This document shows, one piece after another, positions 48,403-56,049 of a DNA stretch of 64,000 nt. Position 1 is the first letter of the stretch, and each line of letters starts with the position of its first letter. The notes beneath the pieces were generated by a model. The model saw only the letters and a program-made list of their open reading frames with translations. It searched no databases and was not told the DNA's origin. The DNA lies in contig JAZLFB010000280.1 of the NCBI GenBank assembly GCA_045615585.1, positions 6,219-70,218 of the forward strand, in the 5' to 3' direction. Source of the DNA: Akkermansia sp. Lineage in GTDB: Bacteria > Verrucomicrobiota > Verrucomicrobiia > Verrucomicrobiales > Akkermansiaceae. Position numbers and translations under genes: made by a program.

Positions 48403-49227
48403 ATGCGCTTGGCGGTTCTCATCAACACCTGCGATAAGTTTGCTGACTGCTGGGAGCCGTTTTGTACCCTCTGGGCGCAGTACGGCATACCGAACAGCCG
48501 CCTGTACCTGAACACCGAGCGGGCGGATTTCTCATTCGCGGGCTTAGATGTTACCCCCCTCCGTGTCTGCACAACACACCATTGGAACGCCAAACGCCCG
48601 CCCGCATGGGGCTGGTGTACCGCCCGCGCCTTAGAAGCCATCGATGCCGACATCATCCTCTACATGCAAGAGGATTATTTTCTCAACACCCCTGCAGATG
48701 CCGCCCGCATTACCGAGCTGGTGCAGCTGATGCAGCAAGAAACGAGCATCGACTGCATCCACCTGACGGAATGCGGCATCACCCGCACCGAGCCGTGCGC
48801 ATACGAGGGCTTGCTGCGCGGGCGCAGGGATGACGACTGTTTCGCCTCGCTGCAAGCCGCCCTGTGGCGCAAGAGCACCATGCAGGCCCTGCTGTTGGAA
48901 CATGAGAGCGGCTGGGATTGGGAGTACTGGGCCGCCCGCCGAGCCAAGAAACGCGACTGCGGCTTCTATGTGGCAGCCCCCCAAGCGGGGCGCTACCCGA
49001 TGTGCTACCTGTTCACAGGCATCATTCAGGGCAAGTGGTACCGCCCCGTGGTCAAGCTGTTTGCCGCCCACGGCATCAACGTCGATTTCAGCCGCCGCGG
49101 CTTTTACGAAGGACCATTCGGGCGCAAAGAGGGGCGCGTACTTGCCTATCACCTCTGCCATCTGCGGGCATGTTGGGTGACGTTCCGCATGAAATTTCTC
49201 AATTTCCGCAGCATGCGCGCTCGTTGA
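48403..49227 (+). CDS. Putative GT-A-fold glycosyltransferase-like protein
   Basis: LAVLINTCDKFADCWEPF N-terminus, ILYMQEDYFL (DxD-like), SLQAALWRK, GIIQGKW. Confidence 0.6.
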   Translation: MRLAVLINTCDKFADCWEPFCTLWAQYGIPNSRLYLNTERADFSFAGLDVTPLRVCTTHHWNAKRPPAWGWCTARALEAIDADIILYMQEDYFLNTPADAARITELVQLMQQETSIDCIHLTECGITRTEPCAYEGLLRGRRDDDCFASLQAALWRKSTMQALLLEHESGWDWEYWAARRAKKRDCGFYVAAPQAGRYPMCYLFTGIIQGKWYRPVVKLFAAHGINVDFSRRGFYEGPFGRKEGRVLAYHLCHLRACWVTFRMKFLNFRSMRAR

Positions 49228-49292
49228 AATTCTGATGATTTCCCCTCTTTTTTCACTTGCCCGCAGCAGCTTGTTTGGGGTAGAATACCGAC

Positions 49293-49853
49293 ATGCAATG
49301 TATCATCAGCAGCGGAGTGCCGCAGGCACAGCAACTGACGCACGATTGGTACGGTCATGCGGTCGCGCAGCCTGTTCACTTCAGTTTCAGCATAGAGGAC
49401 GACGCATTGGTGTTCCGAGCTTGGCAGAATGCCGCCGTCTCCCTGCCGACCTATGCTGTGCCGGGGGCGTTCACCGAAAAGCTGTGGATGTATGATGTAG
49501 CGGAGTTCTTTATCGCCGCAGCAGACGGCAGCCGCTACATGGAGTTCAACCTCTGCCCCAACGGTGCTTGGTGGGCCTGTGTGTTCGGGGCACCCCGCGC
49601 TGCCGACCCCGCCTTTGCCGCGCCCAAAGGGGTAACAACAACGGGGGCCGCTACGCCTGCGGGCTGGCGCGCAGCCGCCCGCATTCCGCTGGCAGAGCTG
49701 GCTGCCATGGGGATTGAGCCGCAGCACTGCCGCCTTGCCGCCACCGCCATTCTGAACAGCCCTGATTATCTCTTTCTGACCACGGCGGAGGACGTGAGCG
49801 GCGAGCCTGACTTCCACCGCCCGCACGCTTGGCCCGCCGCCCTGCTCTCCTAA
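49293..49853 (+). CDS. Hypothetical protein (DOMON/CBM9-like)
   Basis: LW..DVAEFFI...RYMEFNLCPNGAWW...PDFHRP pattern. Confidence 0.55.
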   Translation: MQCIISSGVPQAQQLTHDWYGHAVAQPVHFSFSIEDDALVFRAWQNAAVSLPTYAVPGAFTEKLWMYDVAEFFIAAADGSRYMEFNLCPNGAWWACVFGAPRAADPAFAAPKGVTTTGAATPAGWRAAARIPLAELAAMGIEPQHCRLAATAILNSPDYLFLTTAEDVSGEPDFHRPHAWPAALLS

Positions 49854-49875
49854 CGCTCCACCCCTGAATTTTCTC

Positions 49876-50367
49876 ATGAAACCCGCCGACAAAACCAACG
49901 TGATGCGCACGCTGGAGCAGAAAAAGATTCCCTACGAGAGCTACACCTACGAGAGCGAGGGAGCCATCACGGGGCTGGAGGTTGCGGAAAAACTGAACCA
50001 AGACCCCGCACAGGTATTTAAGACGCTGGTTACCACAGGAAAAAGCACACAGCACTATGTCTTTGTGATTCCTGTGGGCGCGGGGCTTGATTTGAAAAAA
50101 GCGGCCAAAGCAGTCGGTGAAAAATCACTCGAGATGCTGAAACAAAAGGATTTACTGCCGCTCACGGGCTACATTCACGGCGGCTGCTCCCCCATCGGCA
50201 TGAAAAAGGCTTTCCGCACCACCATCGACAGCACAGCAGCCGACTTTGACAGCATTATCTTTTCAGGCGGACGCATCGGGCTGCAGGTACAGGTGCGGTT
50301 GGAGGATTTGTCCAAGCTGGTGCGTTTTCAATTGGCTGATATTACCACGGGGCTGATTCATAACTGA
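49876..50367 (+). CDS. ybaK: Cys-tRNA(Pro) deacylase
   Basis: KTNVMR.LE, VFKTLVT, TGYIHGGCSPIGMKK, SGGRIGLQV. Confidence 0.93.
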   Translation: MKPADKTNVMRTLEQKKIPYESYTYESEGAITGLEVAEKLNQDPAQVFKTLVTTGKSTQHYVFVIPVGAGLDLKKAAKAVGEKSLEMLKQKDLLPLTGYIHGGCSPIGMKKAFRTTIDSTAADFDSIIFSGGRIGLQVQVRLEDLSKLVRFQLADITTGLIHN

Positions 50368-50503
50368 ACCGCCATCGGCACGGTGGTTGACATTTCTCAA
50401 TTTCCCTTGCATTTCCAAGGGTTTTTGTACAATTTTTTACACATTTCAGGCTTGCATTTTGATAACATTTATGCTCTAATTCGCGTCGTACGTTCTTCAG
50501 GTC

Positions 50504-51007
50504 ATGCAATATACGATTTCAGCTCTGTCGCGCGCCACAGGTCTATCGCTGCACACGCTCCGCTTTTACGAAAAAGAGGGGCTGCTGCGTTATGTGGAGC
50601 GCACGGCGGGCGGGCGCCGAGTGTACGGTGAGGCCAGCTTGGGCTGTCTGATGGGTGTCATTACGCTGAAACAGGCGGGCATGACCCTACCACAGATTAA
50701 GGAATTGTTTGATGAAACCCGCGAGGGTGCAAAGACGCAAGAGAGCGTAGAGACGCTGCAAAGCCGTTTCAACATGATTATGGAAGCCCGTGAGCAGATG
50801 CAGAAGAAGCTCGAAGAAATCACCCGCGGGCTGGAGTTGCTCAATTTCTTTGTTGAGGGCGGCAAAAAAGCCATGGAAGCCGCACGCCAAGGCAAAAACG
50901 CCGCCGAGGTATTCCCCTTCTTCACGAAAGAGGGCATCCTCAATATGCGATTCTCCCGCGACAGCGAGGGCAAGCTTGAGGCAACCATCCCCGCAAGCGC
51001 CAAGTAA
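50504..51007 (+). CDS. MerR-family transcriptional regulator
   Basis: YTISALSRATGLSLHTLRFYEKEGLL...GGRRVY...LKQAGMTLPQIKE. Confidence 0.92.
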   Translation: MQYTISALSRATGLSLHTLRFYEKEGLLRYVERTAGGRRVYGEASLGCLMGVITLKQAGMTLPQIKELFDETREGAKTQESVETLQSRFNMIMEAREQMQKKLEEITRGLELLNFFVEGGKKAMEAARQGKNAAEVFPFFTKEGILNMRFSRDSEGKLEATIPASAK

Positions 51008-51315
51008 CAGTCTATTGGGCTCTGTTTTATCCGCCAACTTCATTCGGTTGCCGTTCCATTGGCGGGCGAAGGTGCTTTTTATACAGTTAAGGCTTGGGGA
51101 CATGCCTTGGCATGGCTGCGGGAGGGGTATTGTTTGCGCCGTATTTTCATGCATCAAACTACCCGCGTCTTAACGTGCAACCACCCTTGTAGATGGTACA
51201 CATGCTCCCATACGTCTGCAACGGCAGGTCACATGAACAGCTGCTCGAAACAAGGGAAAGCGAGGCAAAGCATTAAGCAACTATTCTCCCACTCGCGAAA
51301 TTTTCCTGTATAAAC

Positions 51316-53196
51316 TTAACGTTTGCCGGGCTCATTCCGTTTAGGGCAAGGTCCTTGGTATGGCTTCACCTCACGAGATGACAAATCTAACGTAGCATCG
51401 TAATCTTTCGTATTGATGCCGAAAATACCCAACAAGGTATGGAACAAATGTTCATGGGCCGTTCTCACTCCTTGGTGGCTGCGCAACTGCTCCAACGCTT
51501 CCTTGTAATGGGGATTTAACGACTCGAATTCGGGAGAAGCGATAATAAAAAACGGAACATAGCAACCGGAAGTGGAATGATATACCGACGCGCTTTCTAT
51601 GCTTCCACGGGTCCAATAGCCGTCATCACCCAAATAATCGCCATGGTCACTCATATAAATATACAGGTACGGTCTGCCCTGTAGAGGTTCCAGAAGCCGA
51701 TGAATAAATTCATCAGTATAATGAATCGTGCAATCATAGGCATTATTCATATTGGCTGCCACTGCAGGATTTTCAGCGGGCGCGTCATTGGCAGACGGCG
51801 GAGTCACAGGAGTAAACGGTGGATTCTGTTTATCATAACCGGTGTAATAAGCATGACTGCCATTGTTGTTCAGCAAAACGAAAACGTTATCTTTGCTGTT
51901 CTTTTTTTCCTCCAGCCATCGGGAAGCCGCTTCTTGCTGCAGCATGGGCATGCCACCGATTTCTTCCACTTTTTTACAGCATCGGGCAAACCGACCGGCC
52001 TCTGCAGCGAACAACGAAAATCCGGAAGTCGAAATTGCATGATGCATCCAAAAAGAAGCACATTCAAACCCGGAATGGGCGAAATAATCCATAATACCGC
52101 CGGAAGTCGCCTGCGTCGTCTCATCCTCTTCATATCCGATAGCCCTGCGAGCGTTAGTTAACATAGTCAACACGGCAACATCCGTCGATTTAGCGCTGGA
52201 AATACACTCCGGGAAATTAACCATACCGGAGCAAGAGTTCAGCCACGGTGTTGTATTGCGTTTATACCCGTTAAATGCCATACGATCTGCTCGCACGCTT
52301 TCCCCGACATGCAAAATACAGATAACACCCTGATTCTTCCATTCGTCAGGCATATCCGCCTGAATATTTTCATATGAAGGGATAGCTTTGACTGAAGCTC
52401 TTACCCGCATAACCTCCTTGATTGCATTCTTGCAGTCCTGCCCCAAATTTTCCATCGCACCAAGCGGCCAAAATCTCTTAGGGCTTATACGCACATGCTG
52501 CTCTAATATTTGAAAAAAGATAAAAAAGGCAGCAAGAGAAAGACACCCGGTATTGAAAAGCGTCAGCCGAGATTCTTTTCTGATGACACGATAGATGAGA
52601 AAATACCCCGCAGCCCATGATGTTGAAAATGCAAGTATGAGCAACACAATATTTGCTGGTGTAAGATATCTCAACGCATCTGTTTTCGTGGTCGCCAAAA
52701 CCTGTGCAAGATTCGATGAATCCAACACAATTCCCATACAATCTGCAGCAAAAATGATGCAGGAGAAGAACAAAATACAGGTAAATATTATGGTACTGAA
52801 CCGCCCCATAAGCATAACAAAGATACATGCCCACCCCAGCAGGAAAAGCATACTGAACGGCAGTAAAAACAGATCAGGGAAATCATGTTGAAAAAGCATG
52901 GACAATAAAACAAAAGCGGCAAAAAGGCGAAGGACGGCACTTCTGCCCGGCAGCAATTTCCGCTCAAATCTGCGACATATAAAAACGGATACACCGCTCA
53001 GCACAGAAAACAAAAGAACAACGCAGGGATTATATAACAATTTAACAGTAACGCGCTGAACGCTCTGAAGGCGGGCATAAACTGCATCTTCAGGCAAAAA
53101 AGCAAACGTAACCAAAGCCGATAACAGAAGCAGCAGAAAGAAAGGGGAAAGGAATAAATTATACCCCTTTTTAACGTCAGAGAGAAAAGAAAACAT
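51316..53196 (-). CDS. Phosphoethanolamine transferase (EptA/CptA-like); AT-rich
   Basis: N-terminal TM bundle; LHVGESVRAD, SSAKST (catalytic Thr), NNNGSH, YDCTIHYTD, SDHGD. Confidence 0.88.
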   Translation of the reverse strand: MFSFLSDVKKGYNLFLSPFFLLLLLSALVTFAFLPEDAVYARLQSVQRVTVKLLYNPCVVLLFSVLSGVSVFICRRFERKLLPGRSAVLRLFAAFVLLSMLFQHDFPDLFLLPFSMLFLLGWACIFVMLMGRFSTIIFTCILFFSCIIFAADCMGIVLDSSNLAQVLATTKTDALRYLTPANIVLLILAFSTSWAAGYFLIYRVIRKESRLTLFNTGCLSLAAFFIFFQILEQHVRISPKRFWPLGAMENLGQDCKNAIKEVMRVRASVKAIPSYENIQADMPDEWKNQGVICILHVGESVRADRMAFNGYKRNTTPWLNSCSGMVNFPECISSAKSTDVAVLTMLTNARRAIGYEEDETTQATSGGIMDYFAHSGFECASFWMHHAISTSGFSLFAAEAGRFARCCKKVEEIGGMPMLQQEAASRWLEEKKNSKDNVFVLLNNNGSHAYYTGYDKQNPPFTPVTPPSANDAPAENPAVAANMNNAYDCTIHYTDEFIHRLLEPLQGRPYLYIYMSDHGDYLGDDGYWTRGSIESASVYHSTSGCYVPFFIIASPEFESLNPHYKEALEQLRSHQGVRTAHEHLFHTLLGIFGINTKDYDATLDLSSREVKPYQGPCPKRNEPGKR

Positions 53197-53307
53197 GACA
53201 AGGCAAGACTATCAAACACGATAGTTGGCGTCAAGTCTTTTCACCGCTTCTATCTTCGTTCTATTTTCGTTATTCTGTAGCTCACATCTCCAACCGCGAC
53301 GCAGCCG

Positions 53308-54516
53308 CTAGCGCAGCATGTTGAGGGCGCGGGTGGTGGCAGAGAGGGCGCGTTGGATGTCTTCTTCCGTGACAGAGAGAGCTATGGAGTAGCGCGTGGT
53401 GCCGGTAATGCCCTGTGACTGCATGAAAGGTTGGCAGCAGTGGTGACCGGTACGGACGGCAATGCCCATTTGGTCAAGCAGGGTGCCGAGGTCGTAGTGG
53501 TGAACACCGGGAACAACGATGGAGACGAGCGAACCGCGCGGGGTGCGGGGGCCGAGAATTTGCACGCCGTCGATGGCTCTCAACCCATCGTAGAGCATGG
53601 CGGTGAGGCGTTGCTCGTAGGCGTCTATCTTCTCTAAGCCGATGCTCTGCACCCACTCAATAGCCTTACCCAGCACAATGTTGCCGCCGATATTGGGCGT
53701 ACCCGCCTCATACTTGAAGGGCAGCTCGTTGTAGGTGGTTTTGGCAAAGGTGACTTCGGCAATCATTTCGCCGCCGCCCTGCCACGGGGGCAGTTGCGAC
53801 AGAATTTCCTCCCTGCCCCAAAGCGCGCCTGTGCCGGTGGGAGCGTAGATTTTATGCCCTGAAAAGGCGTAGAAATCGCAGCCGAGGCTCTGCACATCCA
53901 CCGCCGTGTGGGCGGTGCTTTGCGCGCCGTCCACCAGCACCAGCGTGTCGGGGTTGTTGCGCTTGGCGGCGGCAATAATCTCGCGCACTGGGTTGACCGC
54001 CCCCAGCGCGTTGGAGATGTACGGCACCGCCACCAGCTTGGTGTGCGGGGTGAGCATGGAGAGGTACGTCTCCATGTCGAAAGTCAGTTCCGCCGTCAAC
54101 GGGATGGGGCGCAGGGTTGCACCGACACGCCCGCAGAGCATTTGCCACGGCACGATGTTGGAGTGGTGCGCATCGGTGGTGACCAGCACTTCATCCCCTG
54201 CCCCGATAAGCCCCGACAGGCAGAGGGTCTGCGCCACCAGATTGATACCCATGGTGGTGCCTGCGGTAAAGATAATCTCCTTGGCGCTGCGGGCATTCAG
54301 GAAGCGCGCGACCGTCTCACGCGCCTGTTCATGCTGCTCCGTAGCGATACGGCTCAAATAATGCGCACCGCGGTGGATATTGGCATTGCTGTGGCGGTAA
54401 AACTCTTCCGCTGCGTCCAGCACACAAAACGGCTTTTGCGTTGTCGCCGCAGAGTCAAGATAGACAATAGGCTTGCCTTTGGAGTCAGTTAATTTCGGGA
54501 AAGAATCAACAAACAT
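53308..54516 (-). CDS. sufS: SufS-family cysteine desulfurase
   Basis: VYLDSAATTQKP, ANIHRGAH, HHSNIVPW, FSGHKIY, AVRTGHHC. Confidence 0.95.
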   Translation of the reverse strand: MFVDSFPKLTDSKGKPIVYLDSAATTQKPFCVLDAAEEFYRHSNANIHRGAHYLSRIATEQHEQARETVARFLNARSAKEIIFTAGTTMGINLVAQTLCLSGLIGAGDEVLVTTDAHHSNIVPWQMLCGRVGATLRPIPLTAELTFDMETYLSMLTPHTKLVAVPYISNALGAVNPVREIIAAAKRNNPDTLVLVDGAQSTAHTAVDVQSLGCDFYAFSGHKIYAPTGTGALWGREEILSQLPPWQGGGEMIAEVTFAKTTYNELPFKYEAGTPNIGGNIVLGKAIEWVQSIGLEKIDAYEQRLTAMLYDGLRAIDGVQILGPRTPRGSLVSIVVPGVHHYDLGTLLDQMGIAVRTGHHCCQPFMQSQGITGTTRYSIALSVTEEDIQRALSATTRALNMLR

Positions 54517-54541
54517 GGAATCATCCTCTTTGTTCCTTCAG

Positions 54542-54608
54542 GCGCGGGCCAAGCCCGCGCGGAACTTGAACTTTATAAATTATAAATTATAAATTCTAAA
54601 TTATAAAT
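54542..54608. repeat. Solo heptamer/hairpin arm (AT-rich variant)
   Basis: Hairpin GCGCGGGC-CAA-GCCCGCGC (54542-54560), then TTATAAA x3, TTCTAAA, TTATAAA (54573-54607), ending 2 nt before a stop codon. Confidence 0.8.
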
Positions 54609-54609
54609 C

Positions 54610-56013
54610 TCATTCCGGCTTAATGTGTTCCGCCATGCGGTAGGCGGCTTCGGGCACATACTCCTTCCACTGCTCATCACCCGACTGAATCATGCGGATA
54701 ATGTCGCGCGGGGTTTGGAAGAGGAGTTTCTGGTTGAAGTACGGCACCTCAATCACGTTGCCGCTTTCACGCAGGTGGCGGTAGAGGTAGTGGTAGGCTT
54801 CGGGCACGCGGTAGGTGCCGGCAGTCACAAACTCACCTGTCTTGCGGTTAATCCACGGCGTGACGTAGAACTTGGTCTTGTTGCGGAAGATAAGCCCCAT
54901 GCTGGTGAGAATACCGCCGGGGGTGTTCTCCGCCCACTTGTCCTTAAACAGTTCGTTGAGCAAGCCGATGGAGAGAGCAATGGCAATCGGCTCCTTCGTA
55001 AAGCTGTTGAGCAGCGCGGAAATCTTGTCAAAGTGCGTGATGTTCGTCACCATCACCGTCTTACCCATAGCGGCAAGGGCGTCGGCACGGTCCATGAAGT
55101 CCAGCAAATCAACATCACCGCTGCCGTGCAGGAGGTTGGAAAGGGAGATTTCGCAGATGTCGACGGAGCGCTTTTGCTGCTCTTCCGTCAGGCTTTCAAA
55201 GAACTTGGCACGCACGCTGTCCATCATCTCCAGATGGATGTTGCAGAGCGGCAGGAAAGAGCCGCGCATCAGCACGATGGGACGCTTGTAAAGCAAGTCG
55301 GCAGGCTGGGCAACAGTGCCGTCGGGGCAGAACATGGTGGCTTCACTCTGACCGCTGCGCACGAGCTGCAACGCCAGAATGCGGTTATCGAACATGCTGA
55401 AACCGTGCCCGCTGAACTTCATGTAGTCGATTTCGTAGAACGCGCGGTCAAGGTTTTCGCCCACGGCTTCCACGAATTCATCCATGTGGTCGCGCTTGTA
55501 GAAGAGAGCGTGCAGCACGTTCACGCCGATGATACCAAGCACGCGCATTTGGAAATCGTGGTCGGGGATGAGGAGACGGACGTGCATCACGAAGTCGCTG
55601 GGGGGCAGCTCGGGCTTCAGCTGGAAACGCACGCCAATCCACGCAAACCACGGGCCGTTGTCGCGGTAGCCCTTGCATTTCACGGTGTTACAGAAGGCAA
55701 AGAAGCAGGTATCAGCCCCGCGCTTTTCGCTGAGACGGTCAACCACCTTGGCGTATTCGGATTCCATCATCTGCTCCAGACGCTCCTCAGACACATAGCG
55801 GCGGGCGGTGCCGTACAGGGAGTCGCTGACGGTCATATCGTAGGCCGAGATGGTCTTGGCCACGGTGCCCGCTGCGCCGCCGGCACGGAAGAACCAGTTG
55901 GCTGTTTCCTGACCCGCGCCGATTTCAGCAAAGGAGCCGTAGAGTTTTTTATCGAGATTGATGGTGAGGGCCTTTTCCTGTGTGGCGGCCAGTGTTTGAG
56001 TTTCGGAGGACAT
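54610..56013 (-). CDS. Conserved protein with C-terminal nucleotidyltransferase-like fold
   Basis: KAL.INLD..YGSFAEIGAGQE..FF.AGGAAGTVAKT.SAYDM N-terminus; RPIVLMRGSFLP..NIH in the C-terminal half. Confidence 0.7.
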   Translation of the reverse strand: MSSETQTLAATQEKALTINLDKKLYGSFAEIGAGQETANWFFRAGGAAGTVAKTISAYDMTVSDSLYGTARRYVSEERLEQMMESEYAKVVDRLSEKRGADTCFFAFCNTVKCKGYRDNGPWFAWIGVRFQLKPELPPSDFVMHVRLLIPDHDFQMRVLGIIGVNVLHALFYKRDHMDEFVEAVGENLDRAFYEIDYMKFSGHGFSMFDNRILALQLVRSGQSEATMFCPDGTVAQPADLLYKRPIVLMRGSFLPLCNIHLEMMDSVRAKFFESLTEEQQKRSVDICEISLSNLLHGSGDVDLLDFMDRADALAAMGKTVMVTNITHFDKISALLNSFTKEPIAIALSIGLLNELFKDKWAENTPGGILTSMGLIFRNKTKFYVTPWINRKTGEFVTAGTYRVPEAYHYLYRHLRESGNVIEVPYFNQKLLFQTPRDIIRMIQSGDEQWKEYVPEAAYRMAEHIKPE

Positions 56014-56049
56014 GGGAAGGAAATGGGATTTAAAATTTATATCATGCTT

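Noticed and set aside
51008-51315. 300-bp gap between merR and the pEtN transferase as hidden gene or RNA
   Set aside because: I found no convincing ORF, hairpin series or known motif by eye.
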